A stretch of 63,961 nucleotides of DNA, counting the filler, from Reclinomonas americana ATCC 50394 (lineage: Eukaryota), in the NCBI GenBank assembly GCA_048213135.1. It is 11 parts of 9 records of this genome, joined end to end, with 100 filler letters (N's around TTAATTAATTAA, not from the genome) between each part and the next. Parts side by side here need not be neighbours in the genome. Positions count along the whole stretch, not along the records: positions 23,338 to 35,732 come from AFZH01016528.1; positions 35,833 to 40,628 come from AFZH01016529.1; 9 more parts are not named here. One strand, 5' to 3'. Position numbers and translations under genes: made by a program. The notes beneath the pieces were generated by a model, which searched no databases, was not told the origin of the DNA, and saw nothing but the letters and a program-made list of their open reading frames with translations. This document shows, in pieces, positions 25,559 to 37,731 of this stretch (position 1 is the stretch's first letter; every line of letters starts with the position of its first letter).

Positions 25559-27052
25559 TTAGAGCTCATCGTGCGTCTTGTGCGCGGTCTTGTCACCAAC
25601 AACCTGCGATGGTGGTGGAGGCGACGGTGGTGGTGTTGCCTTGACTGCCTTTGCAGCACCCGATGCCGTCGTCGCCGGCTTCTTCGCCGCCACTGTTGTT
25701 GTGGACGACGACGACGACAAGGGCGCAGGAGAGGCGGGCACCGGCAGTGTCGCCGGCACAATGGTTATTGACTTGCCGTGCGCGTTGACAGGCGCACTGC
25801 CAATGGCCGCCGCATACGCCGCCGCACACTGCACGGCATCACGCGCTCCGCACACTGCCGAACCATGCAGCGCAATACCACGCAGCGAGGGCGACCGCTG
25901 TGCGGCTTCCACCAGCTGCGCAATGGCCTCAATCGACAGCGCATTGCGTCGCAGCTCCAGCACCTCCAATTGCTCCAGCTTGTCGAGCACCGGCACCAAG
26001 TGCTCCACCACGCCCGCGTCGTCAATGCCGCACTCTGTCCACATAAGAAGTAAGCACACGAGAATTCTCCTGTCTCATACAAGCCGCCAGGAGGGCACGC
26101 AACGCGACAAGGTCAGCTTCTGCAGACTGGCCAGATCCTTGAGAATGGGCGCCAAACGCGCCACTCCGCCCGCCCCAAAGTGCACATTGCCTCGCAAGTC
26201 CAGGTGCGTCACGCGGCCAAACACGCGCCTACGGAAGCCCATCGTGTACGCCAACGCAGGCATGTCGCTCTCCAGCACATCGCAGTGCGCCAGAGACAAC
26301 AGCGTCGGATCCTCAATGAGCTCGTACATGACACCAAACGCCGAGTGCTGCTTTGCTTGAATCGCGGCCTTCAGTGGGCATCCCATGTCCTCTACCGTGT
26401 CGTGGAAGCCGGCGCCTTCCAGATACAGCCTCTGCACTCAACACACACGCGCGCGCAGGTGTGTGAGAGGAAAAACTCTTAAGTTAAGAAGAGCGCGACG
26501 CACCCTTATCTGATCTTCATTGCCGACGCGAGCTGCGCGGATCAGCTGCAATGCCAGATGCTCCTTTCGAGACGCACGCAACGCACTGGTCAACGCTGCG
26601 ACAAGTGCGGCGTTGTTATTGTCAGTCGTCGCAGCGATGGGCGCAATTGAAGTTGTCGAAGCGATCGCCGTTGTCGGTCCGGCAGTGCCGCGCGCCCACG
26701 CGCTCAGATGCCACAAGTACAGTGCCAGCCACACGGCCGACACAATGAGCACGAATTGAAGTACGAGCGATGGGCCTCGTGCAACGGTCGACATTGCGTG
26801 GCCGACCGATGAGCTCATTGAGGAAAGCGATGGCGATGCTCGGCGAAGACGCTGATGATGATGGTGTTGCTGTTGGAGGAGAGGCGATGAGCGCACAGAC
26901 GACTCGTCTTCGTCTTCATACTCATCGTCGTCATCATCATCGTCCACACAGAGTTGATCGCACGCGTTGAGCGCCGCAGCGGCGCGCAACAAGGCATCGC
27001 TGCTTGTTGAATCGCCGCCATCGGTGCGGAGAGTGGCGCGCGTCTCTGACAT
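25559..27052 (-). CDS. Single-TM protein with an ankyrin-like segment and RI-like leucine-rich repeats
   Basis: TM VLQFVLIVSAVWLALYLWHL; LIRAARVGN...PLKAAI; LRRs VTHLDLRGN, LQKLTLSR.CGI, LEVLELRRNALS, LRGIALHGS. Confidence 0.7.
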
Positions 27053-27201
27053 GTGTCGCAAACGAGTTGAAGTAAAGCGAGTGGATCGCCAATGGACGGA
27101 GCGATACTTCAACTGGGCTCATCGTCGTCGACTCTCGCTCATCAATGCCAGCGTGGCTGTTTGCCCGTGCGGGCAACAGCACCACCGTGGTCGCTGATGC
27201 G

Positions 27202-30200
27202 ATGGGCGATCAGAACGCAGAGATCGCTGCGATTTTTACAGAGCATGATCGGCAGGAGTTCACCAGCACGTTCTTACAGGTGCGCGCGTGTGTGTGCGCA
27301 TGTGTGTGTAAGAGAGAGAAGGAAGAGAGCGCGAAAGAAAGCAGAGAGAGAAAGAGTGTGAGATTGCATTTGAAGTTTCTGAGAGATACAGATTGTGTGT
27401 GTGCACATGCGCGTGTGTGCGTGCCTACGTGTGAGAGAGCAAGCTAATATGCGCAGATACCACCTTCTCCCCTCACTTTGTCAGTCATGTGATATCGCGG
27501 CTCCACGCTCATTTCTTGATATGAAATCGCAGCTTGGCATTGTGGCACTCGGCTTATCTCTGATCTCGGCGTTGGTTCTGATGGTCGGTCTCAGTCGCGG
27601 TCGACTTCGTCATTTGCCACTGTTGCGCACTTTTTCTTCTTCTTCTCTCTCACTCACTCACAAGAGAACGATCTTTCTCATGTGTTGCTTGTAGCATGTT
27701 TGCGCGCATCATGGACGCCAAGACCTTCGCGCGATGGGCTCTCTTTTCCACGATTGTCGTGTGGTTCTTTCTGATCATTGCTCCGCCGGTGTTTCTCATT
27801 GCCTGGGGCGTGGTGGTCAGTCATTTTCTTTTCTTCTTCATGCGGTTGTGTGCGACTCAACTCTCTCCACCCACCACCAGACGGCGGCTCGTGTGAACCC
27901 GTATCTGATTGGTTTGACCATCATCCTGCTGTCGATTGGCACTGGCATCCTGTTCTTTGCCGTGCTGCGCTGGCGCCAGATGCGCTTCCTGTTGACCGGT
28001 ACGCGTGCTGCTCGTCTCGTCTCTCCCTTGCCTTGCCTTGCTCACTGACTGACTGACGGATGCGTGCGTAGCTTTCACGTGGTGGCTGCTGGTGCTCGGC
28101 CTCATGTGCTTCCTGATCTACGAGATCGTGGTCGTGTACACCATCAACGTGTTCACCTACATTGGTGCGTCGTCGGTGTGGCTCTCCTTCAACGCCATCT
28201 TTGTGGTGCTGATTGGCCACGAGTTTGAAAAGTGTTGCGTCTTCCCCTCCCCTTCCTCCTCCTCCTCCCACTGCCGGCCTTGGTGCACTCATTTCATTCG
28301 ATGCGCAGTGCACCTGAAGGACGTTGACACAATTCTGAACGAGAGCAACGTGAGTGGCGCCAGTGGCGCATCGCAGTACGGTCCACCGCAGTTCGTGTCG
28401 GCCATGTTCACGCGCTTCGGTCGGCTCAAGCCAGTGTTGCGTCTGCCGTGCCAATTGACTTAACGATTTCTCTTCACCAGCACGTCCTCACTTGTGCCTG
28501 AACACACGCAGCACGCGCATCATCATCTACTACATCATGGCCATTCTCGTCCTCGTCGGCTACATTGTGACCGTGCTGACTCAAGTCGACGACCGCGAGA
28601 CCGTGGTGACGGCCACTGTGGTCGCCATTATCGTTGTTGGTGAGTCCCGACAGCGATCTGTGAACCATGCTCCGTCTCTCTATCTCACTGCTTCTGTGAC
28701 CAGATATTTTGCTCTTTATGCGCTTCATTGCGCAGCGTCAGGCGGACCCGGTGCTGCTTTCGTGGAAGGCCATTGCGGTGCGAGTGGCACTCATCTTTTT
28801 GGGCCAGCGGTCAGTGACATGGTCTTTGTCGTCACCACCGTGATAATCACGAATTCATCTCTCTCCCCTCTCTGCTCTAGATACTACTTTGTCGCCCACA
28901 CCGTCGTCTTTATTGCGTTCGGGTGGTACCTGGTCACCGAGGCGATTCTGCGTCGCTACCCGAAGTACTCGCAGTCTCGCAACGAGATTGTGCTGGATGG
29001 CATGCAGCGAATCATGGAGGCCAACTCGCCGGCCGCTGGCACCGCCGCGGCTGCCGCGTGGAGTGACGCGGAGGCGGCAGGCGTGGGAGCGAGCAGTGCG
29101 GCAGCGGGCGCCAGTGACGATCCAAGCAGGTGAGGAGTGTCTGGTGAATAAGCTGACACCTGCGGACGGCTCATCGCACGCGCGACACAGACACGCGCCG
29201 TCTATCACGCCCGTTTCTCCTACTGCACGCCGCGCCGCGACGCCGACACCCATCTCGCAGCGGGTGTGTGCCGTCAGAGCGGTGTCGTTCGCTTACGTGT
29301 GTGCGTGTGTCGCTGACCCGTGATGGACGCAGTGGTATCTCTCGCCCGAGTTCGTACTGCTGTTGCTGGTGCTCGCTTTCGTCATTGAGATGATTGTGAC
29401 GGCACGAGTCGGCCACCTCGACAAGGTCCGCATTGTGGACTTGTACCACGAGCAGTGGCTTGTCGGCGTGTGTGGCATTGTGCGTGCAAATATGTTTCCC
29501 TCAACGCAGCAAGTCTGCAGTTTTCTCAATCACTTGCAGATTCTGGTGGCCGACTGGGCTTTTATCGTGTGGACAGCCATGGTGTTGCTGTCGACCAACT
29601 GGTGTGCCGGCATGACGGTGAGCATTCGACTCGCCACTCTCCGCTTTTGTAACGTGCCTCATCTTGCATCTTGCAGTTCCGTACATTTTTCGGTAGCGGC
29701 GCCGGCTGGTGCTTCTTCCTGTGCGAGGTCGCGATTGCCGGTCTGGGCCTGCTGGTTGTACTTGTCACGCGCTCGTACATTTTCCTCTTCAGCTCGATCT
29801 TTGCGTATCCCACTGGCCTCTTGTGCGCCTTTGCGTTGCACTGGTGGCGCGACAATCACTACAGTTGCGCCACATTTCGACATTGGCAAGTGCTTTTTTC
29901 TCTCTTCTCACGTCGCTGGAACGGCGCACAGATGTGCTACAAGAGCCCAAGTTCCGCAAGGAGCCGCATCGCGCTCGCAACTCATTCAGTGCCTTTTTGT
30001 GCTGCGGCCTCACTGGCGCCGACTACGGGGTTCGTGTCCACTGGCGTTGTGTATCCGCTCGGTTTATTGCTCACTTGTTTTGTCGCTGCAATCAGATGTT
30101 GTTTGTGCTCCTGCTCATCTGCGGTCTGCTGGTGGCGTGGGGCGGCGGCATTGCGGCAACCATTTATCGTTGGGTGTTGCTTGTCGTTGTTGTTGTGATA

Positions 30201-33200
30201 CTGCTTGCAGTCACAATCTGACGTTCTGTTGTCGACGCAGAGTCGTGGATTGGTTGGACCATTGTGGCTGTGCCGTTTGTCGTCGGAACCTCGGTGCGTC
30301 GTTTCTCTCTGCTTCCATCGTGTACGCCTTCCATGTTGATTCATTATCTCCCCCAAACAGATTCTTCCCATGGTCAAGTGGTATCACACGCTGAATGTGT
30401 CGCGCTCAATTCTTTTCGGCCTCGTCAGCGTTCTGCTTTTCGCCTTTATCTGGACTCTGTTGCGTCATCGTCGTGATGCGGGGACTCTTGCCGTCGGTGT
30501 CTGACATGTTGACGCACTCAGCTACATGGCCCTCATGTATACGCGCATCATTGATCGCAACGACAAGAGCGCCAGTCTGGCAATCCTCTTGGTTTACTTT
30601 TCGTACCCGACGCTGGTGCTGGCCATCAGTGCCTTTATCGTCTGGTGCGTGCATGGTGTACTTCTTCTTTTTTTTCTTGGTTGTCATTCAGCTGACACCC
30701 CATCCGCAGGCGCGAGAACCGCTGGAAGCTGACGAGTGTCGTCTTTTGGTGCCTCCTGCTGTGCGCACTTCTCGTTCTGGCCCTGGCCATTGCCGTCACG
30801 GTCGTGCTGAGTGTGGCAGCGGGTCTGGCGCTCTTTGGAGTGTTTGCGTTGTTGGTGGTGGCCGTCGTTGCGTGCGGGACTCAGACAAAATGTCGTGAAC
30901 TACTGAATAGAGAGGCTAACTGCCTGGGCGGCTGCTGGCGATAGGTGTCGATTGTCATCTGGGTGCGACACGATTTCCAGGCGCCCACTTTGCTGCGCCA
31001 GATCGTCGTCACCAGCGCACTGGTGCTGATTGCCGCCGGCATCGGTATTGGCTTTGCCGTGAATCAGGCGTTTGCCGGCTTTAGTGTGGCTTTCGGTGTG
31101 GCCTTTGTCGGTCTCCTGTTCCGTGGTGCACGCTACGTGCTCGATCGGTATGTGGGCCCTGCTGTATGCTCTCGCCTCCCGTCAACTATGTTGACAAAAA
31201 GTCCACACGCACAGGTACACGTTGAATCGCTTGTACTGCGTTTCGAGTCCATTCGTTGCGTGCTCCACATTTCGTCCTCCGCCACTGCGGCGCTAACGTT
31301 TGCTGGCACAGGTCTTCCCGCTGTTCAAGTACGACTCGACGAGCGACACGGTCAAGTCGTACAATCGCAGCATCAGCTCCCTTTGTTGCGTCTCTCTTGT
31401 GCGGTCCGAAGAAGCGCGGTCTCGTGGTGTTCACGTGTTGCCGCCAACTCAGACATGTCATTCTTCGTGCTGCTGTGGTGGGGTGCGGCGGCCACGGTGT
31501 TCCTCTCGCCTGCCTGGATCGGCATGGCCGTGGCGTCGCTGGCGGTGCTCCTGTGCTTCATCCTCACGCTCGACGCACTGCGCCGTCCCCAGGAGGCCTT
31601 TACCAGTGTGGCTGACTACGTGACACCCGCGCTCATTGCGCGTGCCCACGAAGAGGTGAATAGAGAGGTGTGCACACATATGTTGACCATTGATTGTCTG
31701 ACTGGCTCGACGCGGTGGTGTGTGTGCGTGTGCAGGCCGACAGTCGCTTCTCCGAGTTCCAGTTGAATCGACTGCACCCCGACATGGACGACCAACCGCA
31801 GCCACACGGTGCTTCGGGATCGACGGTGCCGGCCATGGGAGGCCACCCCATCAGTCCCACCAACATTGTGCTGAACGAGCCAGCCGACCAAGGACCGCGC
31901 GGTGCCGGTCCCGCACCGTATGTCGCACCTGCGAGCGAGGGACCGGTGCCAGCGAGCGAGTTGGAGCGACGCATCGGTGCCATGTCGCTGGGCTACAGAG
32001 AAGGCGACCATGCCAACTGGCTGCAGCTCCAGGAGTACAACCGCCTCATCAACGAGGCGCACAAGCAGGAGCAGCAGCGCATCGCTTACTTCCGTGTTGC
32101 GTTGGGGGTTCACCAACCAGCGTGTTTTTCTCCCTTGATGGCTTGTGCTGAATTCTCGTGAATAGTTGCATGTGCTGATGGCCGCCAGTGCCGCCCGTCG
32201 CGCCGACGAGGCCGAGTTCAATGAATTCGTCGGCCTGCAGATTCGCGAGTTGCAGGCGCAGCAGGATGCCGCCAATGCCGCCATTGTGGCTGTTTCGTGC
32301 TTCTTCTCTTTCTCTCGTGTATTTCGTGTTGAGTGCTGGTGGCTCACTGGTGAGAACACGCAGGCGGGTGACGACCCCACTGCACGACGCAACGCGGAAG
32401 CCTCGCGAGCGTTTTGCGAAAAGGCCATTCGCGTGTATCGTGACATTCAGACGGGCAAGCTGACGTTGCGCGCTACAGCCTATTGTTGTGGTGTCGACGA
32501 TTGACCGCTGACCATTCTTGTTGTTCTTGATTGTGTCGTGCAGTCGGGTCAGCGACCAGGATAACGCGCTCGTACGTCACGACTTCCGTGCGTTCAAGGT
32601 CAAGCGCGAGGCGGAGATTGCCGAGCAACGCCGTCGCAAGCGTGAGGACGAGGAGGCAGAGCGACAACGGTGAGTGTCTTTTTTTCCATGATATGTACTC
32701 GTGTGTGTAGCATTGGCTGAGCATGACCGTCAGTCGTGAGTTGGTGCGACGGCAGCGCGAGGAGGAAGAGCGCCGTCAGCGGGAAGAAATGATGCGCCTC
32801 GGCGGCGGTGGCGGCGGCGACGGTGGCGGTGTCTCACCGTCGGCTGTTGGCATGGCCGTGGCTGCGCAGGAGCAGCTCATTGCGCGCATGCGGCAGGAGT
32901 TCGACGCCATGCTGCGTAGCGAGCAGCAACGTCGTGACGAGGCCGAACAGAGGCGAGCTGCCGCAGAGACCGAACTTACGCGCCTGCGCAACGAGATCAG
33001 CGGAGCGCATGAGGACCACGGCACCGCGCAGAGCCGCATCGCCGAGCTGGAACGGCAGTTGCGCGAGGCCTCGGCCATCGCCTTGCACCTCGACCAGGAG
33101 GCGTCGGAGGCTCGTCAGTCGCTGCAAGCGAGTGAGCAACGCGCGGCTGATCTGGAGCGCCAGGTGATGGAGGGACGAGCGCGCCCCGCCGACGACGCCA

Positions 33201-36200
33201 ATCGGGCCATGCTGGAAGAGCTCACTGCGGCGCGCGATCGAGTTGCGTCTTGTGTCTCTATTGCTGTCAATCGATCCTTTCAGTGATGCTAATCGCATGA
33301 CAGGCCATGGACCAAGTGCGACAGTCCACAACGCAGCTGGAGCAGGAACGTGCACATTCGCAGTCACTGCAGCAGGAACTCAATACACTGCGCGCGCAAG
33401 CTTCGCGAAACAGCGACTCCAGTGCCAGTGTTCCTGCAGCCACGCAGCAGCAAATTCAGTTGCTGGAACGACAATTGCGTGCGGTGCGTGACTTCATGTG
33501 CAACACAGTCTGGTGTTGTGTGCTGACACGCATGTTTTCTCGTGTGGTTAGTCAACGGACCGTGCGGATCGGCTGCAGGCCGAAGTCTCCCAGCTGCACG
33601 ACGCTCTGCAGGCGACTCAGACGGAGCTGCACACGGCGCAGGACCGTCTGCATGCTGCACTGCAGGTATGCAGCACGCAACATGATTGGAGTGCATGGGG
33701 CTCACTGCTCACTATCTCTCTCTCACAGAACACGTCGGCTTCGACGGCGGAGATGGAGGCTGCCAAGCGTGCACAGGCAGAGGTAATATTTCACACTAGG
33801 TGATGACTTGCATCTGTGCGCTGACACTGCTCTGTGGTACTCATTGTGCAGGCGGAGCGTCGCATGGCCGCGGCCACTTCCAATCTCGAGGTGGAGCGCC
33901 GACGAGTGTTGGAGGCGAGTTGATGCACCAGTGCTTTCCTCTCGGTGGCCTCTCTTGTTCTCATGTCGCGCACTATTCAACAGTTGGAAAGTCAACTCGG
34001 CACCGCGCAAGCGACAGCACGCGAGGCCACTGCTCAGCTGCAACAGCTGCGCGTGCGCGCGGAGCGTGCCGAGGAAGAAGTGCGCAAGAGTCGGCAGGAG
34101 ATCGCCACGCGGGATGCGCGCATCACCGAGTTGCAAGAGGCCACGCAAAATGCCCGTCGCGACCTGGTTCTCGCGCAGCGCCGCATTGCGGAGCTTGAGG
34201 TGCTGTTGGCACACGCTTCGGCCGGTGGCGCAGTGGGCGGTGGTGGTGGCGGCGGTGGTGCACCTGCGTTGATTCCTGTGGCTCCAGTCATTAGTGGAGG
34301 TGGATTGCGTCCGCGTCGCGGCCCCACCATCGAGTCGATTATTGCCGAGTGCAAGTCGGCCGGCCGCAAGTGGCGCGACACGACATTTTCGTCAAACGAC
34401 TGCCTGCACATTAATCCGCGACGACCCTCCAAGAGTGCGTTGTGTCTTGCATTGCTTCCCTTTCGCGTGGCTGGTCTCTCACTGCAACACTCGCCACACT
34501 TGTGTTGCGCAGCGTACCAAGTGCGCGAATGGAAAGATCCGTCGTCAATTGCTGACACACCAGCCGTGTTTGTGGAGGCACCGACAACCGATGCGTTTGG
34601 ACCTGGCACTCGCGTCCGTCAAGGGGTTTGTCTTGTGCTGCCGGTGATTGATGTTGGCATGGATCGATTGTTTGACTGACTCGTGGTGTGTTGGCAGTCA
34701 CTCGGCGGTACTGTTCCCACATTGCACTGCTGTATTCATGACTGTGCAGAGTGACTTACATGTGCTTGTTTGCTTCCATGTGTGTCGCTGCGATTGTTGT
34801 TTGACGCAGAGTTGCGTCTCCTTGATTGCATGTCTTCTGTCTTGCATCACTGATGTCTCATCCCACCGCGATCTTGCATAGTTGCTACTTCCTCAGCGCA
34901 CTCTCGGTGAGTTTTGTCACCACATTCTTCTGCTGGTGTGCGTGCACGCTGCTGACCTTGTGCATTCTCATACAGGTACTCGGCAAGTACGGCGACCGCC
35001 TTCGCGACCTGTTCGTGGTCAACACGCGCCAGCAGATGCCTGGTGAGGAGAGCACGGATGTGGGCGGACCAGCGGTGTCGCTTGACGACTGCATCAAGTG
35101 GGGAGTGTGCGTAACTCTGGTAGCAGTCTGCTTCATCGTGACTTGACGCTGATCGACATGCATGCAGCTTCAACATCAAGTTCTACAAGGAGGGCAAGTG
35201 GGTGTCGGTGTTTGTGGACGACAGGTGAGATGCTGCATGCGTGTTGTCCTCACTGGCGCGCAGCCCACTCACACCCAAATACAGTTTGCCCACATTCAAC
35301 ATGCATCCGTCGTTTGGTCGCTCTGTGCGCGATGACGAGTTTTGGGTTTCGCTGCTGGAAAAGGTTTGCCGCGGTGCACTGGCGTTGATGCAGTGCCCCT
35401 GTTGTCGCTGACTGGAGTGAGTTGCAGGCGTACGCCAAGGTCCACGGCAGCTACGAAGCCATTGTCGGCGGTCAAGTGTCCAACGGTGCCCATATTTGCT
35501 CGTGTCGTTTTCTGATGGTTGTGGGGTACTCACATCCTGTTAATCAGCACTGGTGGATTTGACGGGCGGTGGCGGCACGCTGATCGACCTCACCGACACC
35601 AAGGTGAAGCTGGATGTGGACAGCGGGCATCTCTTTGATCAGCTGCTGCAGTACTACAAGGCAGGTCATCTCATTGGCGCCGGCTCGGTGGATGGCATGG
35701 GTCGCGGTGATGCGGCCACCGTGCGTGGTATCNNNNNNNNNNNNNNNNNNNNNNNNNNNNNNNNNNNNNNNNNNNNTTAATTAATTAANNNNNNNNNNNN
35801 NNNNNNNNNNNNNNNNNNNNNNNNNNNNNNNNACTGGTGAGCTGGCTGTCGACTGTGAATCGTTGACGCGCACTGCTGACTCACATGTTACGCGCAGCGC
35901 GAGTCGCAAGCGTTCTCCACGCATGTGACTTACGAAAACCACCCGATTGGCCTGAAACTGGTCTCCAAGCGCGGCAAGCGAGTGCAAAACGGTGTGTCAG
36001 CCATTGTCGTGCCGTGTTTTGTGATTTCGTTGTGCTGACTGGGAGTGATTTCGGTGCAGTGTACACGCGAGAGGTGGTGGCCACGAGTGGTTCCTTTGTT
36101 GCGTACACGAGAGGGCAAAGCGGGTAGTGGAGATCCATCGAAAACCAACTCATGTACACGCACACACAGATCAATTCGACACAAGTGAGCGTGGAGCTGG

Positions 36201-36340
36201 CGCTGGAGCCGTCCAAGTGCCCCGTGACCATTGTGCCATGCTGCTACGACAAGGGCGAGGAGGGCCGTTACACACTCATGGTGTTCTCCGACAAGGACGT
36301 GGACTTCCGCATGCTCGACAGCAGCGTGGCTGCCGACTGA
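27202..36340 (+). CDS. DEK1-like multi-transmembrane calpain (TML - coiled coil - CysPc - C2L), more than 35 exons, spans a gap
   Basis: Many hydrophobic exons, including SPFVFPLFKYD and WWGAAATVFLSPAWIGMAV resembling the DEK1 membrane domain. CysPc: QGSLGDCYFLSAL, KFYKEGKWVSVFVDD, FWVSLLEKAYAKVHGSYEAI, ALVDLTGG. C2L end: TIVPCCYDKGEEGRYTLMVFSD. Confidence 0.88.
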
Positions 36341-36710
36341 GAACTGTATCTCCCTCATCAATAAACCCCCCTCCCGACAAGCACACCGGTTGAACTCGCT
36401 TTCGATTTACGTGCCGCCGACAAGAAACAAACGCATGCACATCACACACAGGGAGAAGAAGGGGGAGAGACAGAGAGAGAGAGAGATGGTGGGGGGAGAG
36501 ATACACACAAGCGACAGAGAAGAGTGGGAGTGGGTGAGAGACACCTCGCTCGTTCTCCTCTGCTCCTGCTCCTGCTCTCCTCTTCCTCCTTCCTCGTCTT
36601 CTGCCACCTCCGCACCTCTGCGGCAACACACACACGGCTGCTCCTTGACAAACGTCGCTGCTACACAAGCTGGAACTGGGTGCCCCTGCAGCCGAGGGGC
36701 AACGGCCCCA

Positions 36711-37651
36711 TTACTCACTGCCATCAGTGTACTGCTGCGGGTACAGCATGACGCGGATGGGTGCGCCAAATGCCTGCGGAGGGACGTTCTTGCTGAAGCG
36801 GACGCGCACGACACCCGAGTTGCCGTGAGGGCGTGCAATGCGGCCCCAGATCACACGGCTCGTGGTGGCGCCCTTGATGTTGGCGCGGCCACCGCGAGGC
36901 TTCTGCTCACACAAAAACACGCATAATCAACAATCGAGCTCAACGAAACATGCACACAAGAAGGCAGTAAGGCGAACCTGTGCGTTGGACTTCTTCACGT
37001 GGTACACGTATGCCACGCGCTGCATCAGCATGACACCATGTCAGTCAAGTCATGACTCCCCTCTCTCACTGATCTCTCAAACTTGCATTCACCTTGCCCA
37101 GGTAGTAACGAGCATCCTCGGGTGTGCGCACGCCCTCAATCTGGCACAGAGCGACGCTGAGGTGCTGCTTGTGGTGCGATCTGTGTGTGTGGCAGAGTGA
37201 GCGACATGGCGCACGGGCATGAACAACACTCGCACAACGTTCTCTCTTCTGTCTCTCTCCCTCACACACATTGAATACACACACATGCAGACGATAGCAG
37301 TTGCACATGCACACACGCACACAGAGCAAGCCACAAAGTGAGTGAGAGAGTGAATGCGCGAGTACCGTGATCCGCATGCGCGCATGCACCACCAGCACCA
37401 CTCGCCCCCAACGACCCACACACTCACATTCTCCACTACGCATACACACACGCACACCAGCAACACAGACACACAACACGCACACACGACTACACACACA
37501 CAAGAGCAGTGCGCGTGACATGTGCCCTCGCCTCACTTCCACCACAAAGACGCTAAACGCGAAACAAAAACAGCCACACTCAGCACACGCACCGTTGGTA
37601 GCCGAGCACATTGCCTCGGACGTGCAGACGCGACGAAACCGACTTGGTCAT
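36711..37651 (-). CDS. RPL35A: 60S ribosomal protein eL33 (L35a)
   Basis: [45 protein letters not shown]..|[36 protein letters not shown]; exons 37651-37593, 37180-37093, 37019-36978, 36902-36711. Confidence 0.96.
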
Positions 37652-37731
37652 TCCGTAAACAATCGAAAGTAAGTAGAGTGAGGACAGTTGCGCCGCGCGA
37701 GCCCGCGCTGTCCTCTGTCCCTTCAATCACC

